Shown here: in pieces, positions 10,862-20,890 of the stretch
How the letters are laid out: each line of letters opens with the position of its first letter
Position numbering within the stretch: the first letter of the stretch is position 1
Assembly (NCBI GenBank): GCA_965214095.1
Contig: OZ243938.1
Span: forward strand, 2,176,001-2,240,000
Source: Candidatus Poribacteria bacterium
GTDB taxonomy: Bacteria; Poribacteria; WGA-4E; WGA-3G
Direction: 5' to 3'
Length of the DNA: 64,000 nt
Program-made: the position numbers and the translations under genes
Notes under the pieces: generated by a model
What the model saw: only the letters and a program-made list of their open reading frames with translations
Told to the model about the DNA's origin: nothing
Databases searched by the model: none

Positions 10862-11386
10862 ATGAAATATTGCCATTATATAAGTATATTGTTAATTCCA
10901 TTTATTGCCTGTTATATGATGTTCGGGTGCGGTGAACCGACTGATACTGTGCTTGATGTGATGCAACCGACCGTTGTTGTGGACGACCCACCACCTACCA
11001 CGACACCAACTAATCCGAATTCTGTTGTGATAGAGATTAATACACCACCAGAAATTATTGATCGCGATCCTGATACTGAATTACCAGTGTTTGATACTGC
11101 GCGAGAAGCCATTAGGGACGATGACATTGACCAACATATAGATGATATGGATGTCTGGATTAAAGAGAACTGTGGTAAAGTTGTTCATACTGACCCGATA
11201 CTTCCTGTTCAGATTCTGTTCACCGACCGTGAGGAGCGAGATAGATATATAGATTTCATTCAAGAAGAACTGGAATACGTGAGAATTAATCCTGACGATA
11301 TGCATGAGGTTGACGGTGATATCTACTTTTTTCTCCGTTTTGAGGTCAATCGTGAAGAAGCAACGAAGCCTGAGAACTGTGAGTAA
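10862..11386 (+). CDS. Hypothetical lipoprotein
   Basis: Signal peptide ending MFG-C, Pro/Thr-rich linker, RBS GGAGAG. Confidence 0.7.
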   Translation: MKYCHYISILLIPFIACYMMFGCGEPTDTVLDVMQPTVVVDDPPPTTTPTNPNSVVIEINTPPEIIDRDPDTELPVFDTAREAIRDDDIDQHIDDMDVWIKENCGKVVHTDPILPVQILFTDREERDRYIDFIQEELEYVRINPDDMHEVDGDIYFFLRFEVNREEATKPENCE

Positions 11387-11521
11387 TTTGGTCTGTTTGT
11401 AGTCGCGCAATTTATTCCGTCTCTTCCATTCTCCGCGTCATCTGTGGCATCCGAAAAAATCAGGAGTCAGAATGAAATCGTGGTTGAAAACATTCCAACA
11501 CTGCTTTCATGTAAACACTTC

Positions 11522-12223
11522 CTACTGAGTTAATTCTTCGATTCTCCGTATTGCATCTTGAGCGTCCATATCTCGGTCTTCCACCATTTCCTCCACTACT
11601 ATCTCAGCTGCCTTTTCCCGTTTTATTATTGCGTCGAGTTCAGCGGATGCTTCCTTAGAATATTCTGAGAGTATTTCAAGGGCATCCTTTTTCCGCTCTC
11701 TTAGATCTTTCTGCTTCTCATTCATCTCACGGACAGCGTCAAAGTCTACAGGTCTTGCTGCCAGAATGGGTATAGACTCTTCAATTAATTCAGGAATTGC
11801 TAACTGTATCTCATCATACTCTTTTAGGGCTGCGGCAGCTTTGGGAGGTAGATTTTCTACGATGATGTCGCTGAATACTGGGTGGACAGTCACATTAGCT
11901 GTATTATCGGTTTCTTCAGGTGTGAGCGTGTCTATAGGTTGCGGTGTTTCACTGGGTTCCATTTCTCCATCTGTGTTGTCACTCCTCTTTTCAGATGTGT
12001 CTTTAGGTAGGTTGTCCAGTTCTACTGGTGTGCTTTTATCTGCCTTTTTCTGTTTTATAGACGCGGTTTTCGGTGATGTGTCCGGTTCTACTGATGTGTC
12101 ATTATATACATTTACCGGCTCAGCATTCATTACTTTGAGATAGTGATGTCGCCAAAATCCGATACCAGTAGCAACGATAGCAACGGCAATGAGAATTATA
12201 GTGAAACGAAATGTCTTTTTCAT
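11522..12223 (-). CDS. Hypothetical membrane-anchored protein
   Basis: N-terminal TM helix, acidic low-complexity linker, helical C-terminus; RBS AGGAAGG. Confidence 0.75.
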   Translation of the reverse strand: MKKTFRFTIILIAVAIVATGIGFWRHHYLKVMNAEPVNVYNDTSVEPDTSPKTASIKQKKADKSTPVELDNLPKDTSEKRSDNTDGEMEPSETPQPIDTLTPEETDNTANVTVHPVFSDIIVENLPPKAAAALKEYDEIQLAIPELIEESIPILAARPVDFDAVREMNEKQKDLRERKKDALEILSEYSKEASAELDAIIKREKAAEIVVEEMVEDRDMDAQDAIRRIEELTQ

Positions 12224-12370
12224 TTTTACCTTCCTTTTGTATCATTAACTGTTAGTATGTGCGATTAAAATTGCTTATACCGAACTCTAATATTATATGC
12301 TAACTTGACTATTGATTTCAATATATGTTCGTGGTCCCCTTTGTTGTAAGGTTTCAAACTCCGATGCATA

Positions 12371-12394
12371 GTAGTAGGCACACGCCGTGTGCCG
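12371..12394 (+). repeat. REP family 'GTAGTAGGCACAC-nnn-GTGTGCCG' (7 copies: 12371, 15824, 23748, 25153, 25358, 26710, 33892)
   Basis: GTAG-led palindrome GGCACAC/GTGTGCC recurring in intergenic regions in both orientations. Confidence 0.85.
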
Positions 12395-12397
12395 TTC

Positions 12398-12541
12398 TGT
12401 CTGAACCAGGATGGACAGAATTAGTAGATTTCCAGGATTAGAGACTGAAATATCAAAGTGCCATTCAAAAGATAAAGGTCAAACAGTAGATAGGGACATT
12501 GGAGTTCCAAACTCCTAATCCTGAAAATCCTGGTTCTGACA
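12398..12541. repeat. Inverted-repeat-bounded element, TGTCTGAACCAGG family
   Basis: Ends TGTCTGAACCAGG / CCTGGTTCTGACA; internal TATCAAAGTGCCAT..CAAAA..ATAAA.GTCAA shared with the copy at 23567-23744. Confidence 0.8.
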
Positions 12542-12551
12542 ATAATACCTT

Positions 12552-12580
12552 TTGACAAACCAATCTCAAAATTATATAAT
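12552..12580 (+). promoter_or_regulatory. Consensus sigma70 promoter of the FRG-TPR operon
   Basis: TTGACA (12552-12557), 17 nt, TATAAT (12575-12580). Confidence 0.8.
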
Positions 12581-12624
12581 AATCAGAAAACATACGCGGA
12601 GGATTACAATAGGCATAACACACA

Positions 12625-13398
12625 ATGAACACACCTATTCAAATAACAAACCTAAAAGATTACATTGACAAATTAAATGAAAGAGCAGAACCCGGAGTAA
12701 GTTATCTATATCGTGGACAAGAAAATGCAGATTGGTTAATCACCAGTAGTGGCTATCGACGTGTTTTACAAGAACAATCCGTTGCTGACACAAGAGTTTT
12801 AGCAGTATCGTTCGTCCGGTATCTGATACAGATAATTGATGAGGTGCGACTCAAATATCCGACTACCTATATGGATATGTCTCCAATGGAGTGCATGGCA
12901 CATCTGCAGCATAACAGAGTAGCTACAGGACTGATAGATTTCACATACAACCCACTTGTCGCACTCTGGTTTGCATGTGATAGGCACGAGGATAAGGATG
13001 GAAAGGTTTTTGTATTAGAAAACGATAGTGATAAAATTGAAGAAATAAAACGAATAATTGACCTTCAACAGAACCTTGATGTGTTGTTTGATATGAATCA
13101 ACCGAAGTGGTATCTCTGGACACCGACTTTGGACAGTAATGTCGTAGATACGCAACGGATGACGATACAGCAGTCTGTATTTCTATTCGGTTTGCCTGTG
13201 GTAACTGCCGAAATGAAAATGCAAGAAATAGTCATCTCTTATCAACATAAAGAACTAATAAGAAGTGAATTGGACAATATGGCAATTTCAGAAATAACAT
13301 TGTTCTCAGATCTACTCGGTTTCTTTGAAAGAAACACACATGCACACCCATACGATCTTCCACCTAACACATCAGATGAAGGAGAAAATCAGCAATGA
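12625..13398 (+). CDS. FRG domain protein
   Basis: YLYRGQ, LQHxxxATGLIDFTxNPLVALWFAC and RMxIQQSVF motifs. Confidence 0.9.
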   Translation: MNTPIQITNLKDYIDKLNERAEPGVSYLYRGQENADWLITSSGYRRVLQEQSVADTRVLAVSFVRYLIQIIDEVRLKYPTTYMDMSPMECMAHLQHNRVATGLIDFTYNPLVALWFACDRHEDKDGKVFVLENDSDKIEEIKRIIDLQQNLDVLFDMNQPKWYLWTPTLDSNVVDTQRMTIQQSVFLFGLPVVTAEMKMQEIVISYQHKELIRSELDNMAISEITLFSDLLGFFERNTHAHPYDLPPNTSDEGENQQ

Positions 13399-14603
13399 CA
13401 GACATACAATCCCGCACAGATAATAAATTCAGAAAATATTTCGACTACGCAACTGATATGTTAGTAAGAAAACAATACGATGAAGCTATTGCAAATTACA
13501 ACAAGGCAATTAGGCTTATTCCAGACGATGAAAAATTATTTAGAGAAAAATCATATAGTTTTCTTGGTCTCGCTTTCTATGAGAAGGGCGAACCTGATCG
13601 TGCTATTGAATTCTACAACAAATCATTAGAACTCATACCTGACAATGCGGATGTATTGTACTATTTTGGTAATGCATACTTGGCAAAGGGTGAGGTTGAC
13701 ATTGCCCTTGACTACCTCAACAAATCATTAGAACTTGATCCTTATAGTTCTAATACATACAGCAGTCGTGGGAATGCCTATCTACAAAAAGGTCAGGAAA
13801 ATCTCGCTATCACTGACTATACCAAAGCATTAGAACTCAGATACGACAATACCAAAGCCCTACAGAACCGGGCTGCTCTATACATCACGAGAAACGAGGC
13901 AGACCTTGCTCTGGCCGATCTCAACAAATTAGTTGAAGTCAGACCGAATCTTGCTGATGGATATTACCATCGGGGCATGGCACTGAAGTTGAAAGGGAAA
14001 CTTGACCATGCGATTGATGACTACACAAAAGCGATTAAACTCAAACCTGACTTTGTTGATGCCTATCTTGAACGTGGTATTGTCTATAATAAAAAAGGTG
14101 AGTTTGACCCAGCGATTATAGATTTTGAGAACGCAATTGAACTCGATCCGAGTAACTTCAAAGGGTATAACAACAGAGGGATTGCCTACAGAATAAAACG
14201 GGAATACGACCTTGCTCTCAATGATTTTAACAGAGGAATTGAACTTGACGCTGATAACTTTAAACTTTATGTTAACCGCGGCACCGTTTACACTAACACA
14301 TCTGACTTTGATCTTGCAATCAATGATTTCAACAAGGCATTAGAACTCAATCCTAATGATCCTGTCGCTTATTACAATCGTGGAGTTGCCAACGCGTGCA
14401 AAGGTGAACTTGATACTGCCTATCAAGATTATACGAAAGCCATTGAGCTTTATCCAGATTTTGTGGAAGCGTATGCTGCGCGCGGGAAACTCCTCAAGAA
14501 AAAAGGTGAATTGAAAAATGCAATTGAAGATTTCAACAGAGTCTTAGAAATAAACAAGATTACTACAGAGGCTATATTGACCCCTTCCCAGTATTCAGCA
14601 TAA
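13395..14603 (+). CDS. Tetratricopeptide repeat protein (about 11 TPRs)
   Basis: 34-aa repeats AYxNRGxAYxxKGExDxAIxDFNKAIELxP; ATGA overlap with the FRG gene. Confidence 0.95.
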   Translation: MTDIQSRTDNKFRKYFDYATDMLVRKQYDEAIANYNKAIRLIPDDEKLFREKSYSFLGLAFYEKGEPDRAIEFYNKSLELIPDNADVLYYFGNAYLAKGEVDIALDYLNKSLELDPYSSNTYSSRGNAYLQKGQENLAITDYTKALELRYDNTKALQNRAALYITRNEADLALADLNKLVEVRPNLADGYYHRGMALKLKGKLDHAIDDYTKAIKLKPDFVDAYLERGIVYNKKGEFDPAIIDFENAIELDPSNFKGYNNRGIAYRIKREYDLALNDFNRGIELDADNFKLYVNRGTVYTNTSDFDLAINDFNKALELNPNDPVAYYNRGVANACKGELDTAYQDYTKAIELYPDFVEAYAARGKLLKKKGELKNAIEDFNRVLEINKITTEAILTPSQYSA

Positions 14604-14707
14604 TACAATAACTTCAACCACGATTTCTTTATTGTCTGAACCAGGCTATTCACAACAACCTATGATAAAATACCAACAAACAAAACCAAAATCAAGGAAT
14701 CCCAACC

Positions 14708-15775
14708 ATGAAATATCCGATAAAAACACAAAAACGGATCCTCTTTATGTCCGTTGCGATAGTATTCTTGTTGGTCTCACTCCAAAATGTCAGTTTCGCT
14801 TTCGGAAAAAGCAAAATATATTGGACACAATGGAATACAATCAGTAGGGCAAATCTGGACGGATCCAACGTTGAAGATGTCATCACAGACCGTTATTTAC
14901 CAGAAGACATTGCGATAGACACACAGAACGGCAAGATATTCTGGATTGAAACGAATGTAGCCGAAGTCGACAACGTCAAACTTGGCACCGGCACAATACA
15001 CAGTGCAGACCCTAATGGTAAGAATATAAAAGAAATAAGCACAGGATATAAAGTTCCACTTGAGGGAGGAAATAGCGGACTGGATTGTTTTCATGGGGTA
15101 TGCAAAGGATACATCCAACCGGAAGGGCAACCAGAAGTTGAATTAGATCCTGAACAACTTTTTAATCCATTCTCCATCGCAATAGATACTGAGAAAAACA
15201 AAATATATTGGGTTGATGAATTTCATGACAACTTTCAACGTGCGAACATTGATGGATCCAAAGTTGAAAATATACGCGACATACGAGGCATAAGAAGAAA
15301 GGATATAGAATTAGATTTGAAGAGAAATAAACTATATTGGCTTTCAGGTAGTTCAATTAGAAGAATGGATGTTAATGGAGACCAGATTGAAGATATTATT
15401 GTAAGATGGAATCCATTTATATTAAACTTTGGTCTGGACGTGACAGCACAACATATCTATTGGACAAGTTCAAGTAGAGGCATAATCCACCGCTCGAATT
15501 TCAATGGAGGTGACATTCAGGAAATTGTCACAGATTTGAAAGAACCCTATCATATCATTGTTGACGCAGAATCACAAAAACTCTACTGGGCAAGTTGGGA
15601 TCGCCAGACAAGCCTCTACAAAATCCAACAAGCGAATCTCGACGGCACAGATGTCACAGATATCGTTACCGATTTACAGAGAATAAATGGACTCGCTTTA
15701 GATACAGCAGGCATATACAATGTTTCATCCAAGGATAAGCTAACAACGACTTGGGGAAACATAAAAGTTGAGTGA
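14708..15775 (+). CDS. Secreted YWTD (LDL-receptor class B-like) beta-propeller protein
   Basis: Signal peptide; repeats KIYWT..ISRANLDGSNVEDVIT, IAIDT..KIYW; C-terminal KLTTTWGNIK. Confidence 0.9.
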   Translation: MKYPIKTQKRILFMSVAIVFLLVSLQNVSFAFGKSKIYWTQWNTISRANLDGSNVEDVITDRYLPEDIAIDTQNGKIFWIETNVAEVDNVKLGTGTIHSADPNGKNIKEISTGYKVPLEGGNSGLDCFHGVCKGYIQPEGQPEVELDPEQLFNPFSIAIDTEKNKIYWVDEFHDNFQRANIDGSKVENIRDIRGIRRKDIELDLKRNKLYWLSGSSIRRMDVNGDQIEDIIVRWNPFILNFGLDVTAQHIYWTSSSRGIIHRSNFNGGDIQEIVTDLKEPYHIIVDAESQKLYWASWDRQTSLYKIQQANLDGTDVTDIVTDLQRINGLALDTAGIYNVSSKDKLTTTWGNIKVE

Positions 15776-15893
15776 CATCTGCCTCTCTTACATTATAGGA
15801 GCACTTTCCAACCGCAATGCAAAGTAATAGGCAGACTCCGTGTGCCGTTCTGTTATTAGTTGGAGCGATTTCCAACCCCGAATATACCCGCTT

Positions 15894-15965
15894 GTAGTCG
15901 CGCAATTCATTGCGCCTCGGACATTCTCCGCGTCATCCCAGAAATCCGTGAAAATCCGAGATTCA
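15894..15965 (+). repeat. REP family 'GTAGTCGCGCAATTCATTGCGC' (copies at 11399, 15894, 18974, 25299, 31655, 38483)
   Basis: GTAG plus GCGCAAT/ATTGCGC palindrome; the 15894 and 18974 copies share about 72 nt including CTCGGACATTCTCCGCGTCATCC..AAAATCCGAGATTCA. Confidence 0.85.
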
Positions 15966-16113
15966 CAACCAAAACCCACGATTCAAATCATGCACCGATA
16001 TGTGCAACAACAATCCACGATGCACATAATTGTGCAGCACGACAGCAATTCAGCAGACTGCAATTGGCACATAAATTGCTCTTTAATCAGTAGAATAACT
16101 GAAGGAGAAATCC

Positions 16114-17115
16114 ATGCGAATACTACAAACGACGTTATGTATCAGTCTCATCCTGCTATGTGCAGCAACAACCACCGCAAAAATCGTATTCAGTGCTGAC
16201 TCTAAAATCTATGTGATGAATGACAACGGTAGAAACATCACACAAATCAACGACAATCCATACTCAGAATTGCGACCAGTATGGGCACCCAACGGTAGAC
16301 GCATCGTTTTTATGCGGGACACAACACCGAATGACTACGGCACTCATCCCGACATTTTCATCATGAATGCCAATGGAACCAATGCCCATCAACTCTCGGA
16401 CGGTGTAGGACCAACACGTGAGCTAAGAGTTTCACCTAACGGTAAAATAATCCTCTACCACACCAGTCTGACAGGACTCTATACAATAGATATTGACACT
16501 CGCGAAGTAAATATGATAATCAGAAACCATGTCTATTACTGCGATTGGTCCCCGGATGGAACGCAGATTGTCTTTATCAATGACGACCACGATATTATTG
16601 AGAAGAACATCTGGTTTGTGGATGCAAATGGAGAGAACATGCGTCAATGGACACACCCCGACCCTGATAAAGGTGAGATACATCGTTTCTTTCCGCGATG
16701 GTCGCCGGATGGGAAACAAATATTGTATTCTGAAATGGACATTGATGTAGAAAGAATTGATAGGGACGATGGCGGTTTTGGTCTTCGCATTCAGGCTGAC
16801 GAAACGTTTCGGATTATCATTCAGAACATAGATGATGACAGCACGCGGACACTCAAAATACCTGAAAATTGGTATCCATCATCTCTTGCTTGGATGGATG
16901 GACAGCAGGCTGTGCTTTTCAGTGCCTATGAATATGAGAGAGATCGCCATGGTCCTATTGAAATAAAGATATACAAATATGATCTCGCCACAGATGAGAT
17001 AACATTCTTGACAGAAGGTTCGAATCCGCATTGGAATGGCGGCGCATTACCTATCTCACCTGATGGCAAGCAATCAGTGCGTTGGGCGGAATTGAAGAGA
17101 GCATATACGGAATAA
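16114..17115 (+). CDS. Secreted TolB-like (PD40/WD40-like) beta-propeller protein
   Basis: Signal peptide; repeats IYVMNDNG, PVWAPNGRRIVF, WSPDGTQIVF, WSPDGKQILY. Confidence 0.9.
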   Translation: MRILQTTLCISLILLCAATTTAKIVFSADSKIYVMNDNGRNITQINDNPYSELRPVWAPNGRRIVFMRDTTPNDYGTHPDIFIMNANGTNAHQLSDGVGPTRELRVSPNGKIILYHTSLTGLYTIDIDTREVNMIIRNHVYYCDWSPDGTQIVFINDDHDIIEKNIWFVDANGENMRQWTHPDPDKGEIHRFFPRWSPDGKQILYSEMDIDVERIDRDDGGFGLRIQADETFRIIIQNIDDDSTRTLKIPENWYPSSLAWMDGQQAVLFSAYEYERDRHGPIEIKIYKYDLATDEITFLTEGSNPHWNGGALPISPDGKQSVRWAELKRAYTE

Positions 17116-17116
17116 T

Positions 17117-17261
17117 TGTCTGAACCAAGATTTGCAGGATTAGTAGATGGACAAGATTATGAGTTTGACTCTACAAACTGCCTTTCAAAAGTTGATGCTT
17201 CTTACTTGCAAAGAACATACGATATATCAAAATCACAATCCTGAAAATCCTGGTTCAGACA
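17117..17261. repeat. Inverted-repeat-bounded element, TGTCTGAACCAGG family
   Basis: TGTCTGAACCAAGATTTGCAGGATT ... AATCCTGAAAATCCTGGTTCAGACA between convergent genes. Confidence 0.8.
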
Positions 17262-17278
17262 TCTCCAACAAGCCAACG

Positions 17279-18268
17279 TTACAGCAATCCCGCTGCGCGG
17301 AGCACCGTCTCCTGAACCATAAACTCGTGTTCAAGCGAACGATCCGGCGATTTCTCACCCCGAATATCCGCAACAAAAGCACGAAGGCTCTCAACATAAC
17401 GCGGACGCGCCTCCACAGACACCGTCTGCCATCCTTTCGCATATCCATCACGTTCCTCGTCAAGACACAGGCGTAACGCAGGCGGTTCAAGCGGTTCAAG
17501 AATAGCACTGCCGCGCGTGCCGTAGACTTCCAATCGTCTTGACTTCCCCGAATCAATCTCCAACGCAGTCGATTCCAGAATCGCCAACGCTCTCGGATAT
17601 TCAAACACAGCCGCCGTATTGTTCCGATACCACGGTACATCGTGTCCATCGTGCCTTGTGAACGGAGTCACCCGTGTCGGTCGTCCCAGCAAAGCAACGA
17701 TAATATCTGTCAGATGACACGCAAGGATAAACATAATCCCACCAGAATGTTCCCCCAGAGAATCCCAACGTTGCCAATGTGCAGCATTGGACCGCCCCGT
17801 TGAAATCCTCCCACGCACCGAGAAAATCTCACCGAGTTTACCAGTATGCACCCACTCAAGAATGAACTGGAAACCCGCATTATATCTGAACATATAACCG
17901 AGTTGCACCAGTAGTTTTTTATCTCTCGCTAACACCAACACATCTCGAAAAGCATCGAGATTATCGCCTGCAGGTTTATCAAACCAGACATGCTTGTCAT
18001 GTTCGAGTATCTCCTTTGCGAAACCGAGGTTCTGCGAGACGCGACCTTGTGCTGCAACACCAACAATCGTATCATCTTCCAGAATCTCTTCTTTACTTGA
18101 AAACCAATGCACCCCATCATAGACACCGTTTTGACCGATAGTCTCACGGACTTCAGCTGAGGGTTCAAAGACACCAGCGAACTCAACATCATCACTTTCC
18201 TTCATCACACGCGCCTTACCAGATGCGTGGTCATGCGAAATACCGTATTGTGCAAGTTTTATTTTCAT
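17279..18268 (-). CDS. Gfo/Idh/MocA family oxidoreductase
   Basis: N-terminal Rossmann-type start, KHVWFDKPAG, QLGYMFRYN, CHLTD, EVYGTRG motifs. Confidence 0.9.
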   Translation of the reverse strand: MKIKLAQYGISHDHASGKARVMKESDDVEFAGVFEPSAEVRETIGQNGVYDGVHWFSSKEEILEDDTIVGVAAQGRVSQNLGFAKEILEHDKHVWFDKPAGDNLDAFRDVLVLARDKKLLVQLGYMFRYNAGFQFILEWVHTGKLGEIFSVRGRISTGRSNAAHWQRWDSLGEHSGGIMFILACHLTDIIVALLGRPTRVTPFTRHDGHDVPWYRNNTAAVFEYPRALAILESTALEIDSGKSRRLEVYGTRGSAILEPLEPPALRLCLDEERDGYAKGWQTVSVEARPRYVESLRAFVADIRGEKSPDRSLEHEFMVQETVLRAAGLL

Positions 18269-18368
18269 TGAATCTCCTCCTTAAAGGTCAACCCCAATTC
18301 TATCATAGATACTAACTTTTGGAAACATGAAGTGCGCCTACGAACGCGGACAATGTTCTAAAATTGAT

Positions 18369-18842
18369 CTAATCTATTGCCTCTGATAACTTACGCATTG
18401 CCGCTTGATATAACGCTCTGCCTTGGTTTTCAAAAGGTCCCGGATTGGACAAATTTTCTGGGTATTCCGAGAATAACTTCGCTTCACTGACTTCGTTAAG
18501 GTCTGTTGGACTCCCTAAAGTTTTGATCTCTCCCAAGTATGCGATCCCCCAGTATTCGAGATTATACATGAAGCAGTGAATATAACAAAGCACTTCCGGA
18601 TTTTTCATCGTTGCCCCGGTTTCCTCAAGGAGTTCACGGTATGCGGTTTCTTCAATCGTCTCCTCGGATTCAACGCGTCCACCGGGCAATACCCAAATAT
18701 CCTCATCACGCCATTTACAAAAAAGTATCCGATTTTCTTGATAAGCGGTACAATTAACAAACTTGATTTGTCCTAAGTCTGCCGGCGGTACTCCAAAATG
18801 GAGGAACATATACCCATCCTTTTCCTCAATCCTTGCAACCAT
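18369..18842 (-). CDS. NUDIX hydrolase
   Basis: Nudix box PGGRVESEETIEETAYRELLEETG. Confidence 0.92.
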   Translation of the reverse strand: MVARIEEKDGYMFLHFGVPPADLGQIKFVNCTAYQENRILFCKWRDEDIWVLPGGRVESEETIEETAYRELLEETGATMKNPEVLCYIHCFMYNLEYWGIAYLGEIKTLGSPTDLNEVSEAKLFSEYPENLSNPGPFENQGRALYQAAMRKLSEAID

Positions 18843-19192
18843 TTTTATGCTCCGTGTAATTCAAATTCAATTGATATTATACTTACCAATTCTATCATAG
18901 ATGTTGACTTTTGAAAATATAGTATTCTGCATCGCTCACAGTCGCGCTTTCCAACCGCGCTCTCTTACCGTTCGTAGTCGCGCAATTCATTCCGCCTCGG
19001 ACATTCTCCGCGTCATCCGAGACATCCGTCAAAATCCGAGATTCAGAAACGAATTCCACGATATATTAACCTATTCCAATTCCAATTGAATACACTTGAA
19101 ATCCATCAGCATATATGCTAAATTAAAATCAGAAAAACGTACTATTCCCACACACTCTCAAAAAGACAAACCAAATTATAGCGGAGTCATCA

Positions 19193-20878
19193 ATGCCAAC
19201 ACTCGAATTCAAAGGAAAACAACACATTTATGCTCACCATCTCACCGTCCCCTACCGACCCCTTGAAACTGATGAATCCCGTTCCTGCAACCCAACTGGA
19301 GAAGACGACAACCTAATTATCCACGGCGACAACCTACATGCCCTCAAAGCACTCCTACCCCGCTATGCAAATAGAATCAAATGTATCTACATAGATCCTC
19401 CATATAATACAGGTAGTCAGGCATGGGTTTACAATGACCGCGTGAACAGTCCGATGATGCAAGCGTGGTTTGCTCAAAATAGTCCAGTTGACGGTGAAGA
19501 CCTTGAACGACACGATAAATGGCTTTGCATGATGTGGACACGCCTACATTTGCTACGCGAGTTACTTTCCGATGATGGCGTTATTTTCGTTTCCATTGAC
19601 CATCATGAGCAACACCATTTACGAATGATAATGGACGAAATATTTGGTGTTGATACATTTATTGCTTGTCTTGCAGCTGTTCTTAATCTAAAGGGAAGTC
19701 GGGACAATAGAGGTTTCACTACAACACATGAAAGCGTCCTTGTTTATGAGAAAGTTGCTAAATCAGCATTTTTACATGAAGTGCCATTGCACGATGATGA
19801 AATTGATGATTGGCTTGAAGATGACGTGGGATGGTACAAGCAAGGTGCAAATCTGAAGTACAGTGGAGAAAACGCTCCTAGAGAAAAAAGACCAAATCTC
19901 TTTTATCCTATATACGTTCATGAAGATGGTACAGTTAGAGTAGAACCAAAATCTGAAGCATCAACAGAACTTTGGCCAATTGCTGATAGAGATAAAGAAG
20001 TTACTTGGCGCTGGAGCCGAGATACTGTTGCAGCAAATCCAAAAGAGATTCTGGCTGTGCGATCAGGGGATAAATGGATGTTATATAAGAAACAACGACC
20101 TCCAGTTGGGATTGTTCCCTCAAAAAAACCAAAGTCAACATTTTATTCACCTAAGTACTCTGCAACTACTGCGACTACTATTGTAAAAGAAATATTTGAC
20201 AATACAAGAATATTTGATTATCCGAAATCTCCACATTTTTTACGTGACTTAATAAGTATTTCTGGGGTCGGTCCTGACGACATCATCCTCGACTCCTTCG
20301 CCGGCAGTGGCACAACCGCACACGCAGTCCTTGCCCTCAACAAAGAAGACGGTGGTAACCGTAAGTTTATCCTCATTGAATGCGAAGACTATGCAGACAC
20401 CATCACCGCAGAACGTGTCCGACGCGTTATCAACGGTGTCCCCGATGCCAATGACGATACACTGCGCGAAGGGTTAGGCGGGACATTCACATACTGTACA
20501 TTAGGTGAACCAGTTGAAATGGAAGCAATGCTCACTGGAGAAAGTCTACCTGAATACGCCACACTCGCTGCATATCTATTACATACTACCTCTGGCATCT
20601 CTGTTGGCAACGACACCTTAACCCAACAAAACAGTGACGGACTCTTTTATAGCAATGATGACTATGACTACTACCTCATCTACCAACCTAACTTGGAATT
20701 CCTCCGCAGCGACAACGCAATCTTCAACTTAGTCCGAGCAGAACGGATTAGAGATGTATGTAGCCAAAACGGGAAAAAAGCAATCGTCTACGCAGCTGGT
20801 AAATACATCGGACAACGTGATCTCACAACTATGGGAATAACATTCTGTCAACTTCCCGATGCACTACATGAAAGATAA
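19193..20878 (+). CDS. mod: Type III restriction-modification methyltransferase (Mod)
   Basis: IIHGDNL, IYIDPPYNTG, DSFAGSGTT (beta-class order), central variable region; adjacent to res. Confidence 0.93.
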   Translation: MPTLEFKGKQHIYAHHLTVPYRPLETDESRSCNPTGEDDNLIIHGDNLHALKALLPRYANRIKCIYIDPPYNTGSQAWVYNDRVNSPMMQAWFAQNSPVDGEDLERHDKWLCMMWTRLHLLRELLSDDGVIFVSIDHHEQHHLRMIMDEIFGVDTFIACLAAVLNLKGSRDNRGFTTTHESVLVYEKVAKSAFLHEVPLHDDEIDDWLEDDVGWYKQGANLKYSGENAPREKRPNLFYPIYVHEDGTVRVEPKSEASTELWPIADRDKEVTWRWSRDTVAANPKEILAVRSGDKWMLYKKQRPPVGIVPSKKPKSTFYSPKYSATTATTIVKEIFDNTRIFDYPKSPHFLRDLISISGVGPDDIILDSFAGSGTTAHAVLALNKEDGGNRKFILIECEDYADTITAERVRRVINGVPDANDDTLREGLGGTFTYCTLGEPVEMEAMLTGESLPEYATLAAYLLHTTSGISVGNDTLTQQNSDGLFYSNDDYDYYLIYQPNLEFLRSDNAIFNLVRAERIRDVCSQNGKKAIVYAAGKYIGQRDLTTMGITFCQLPDALHER

Positions 20879-20890
20879 GGAAACATCACC

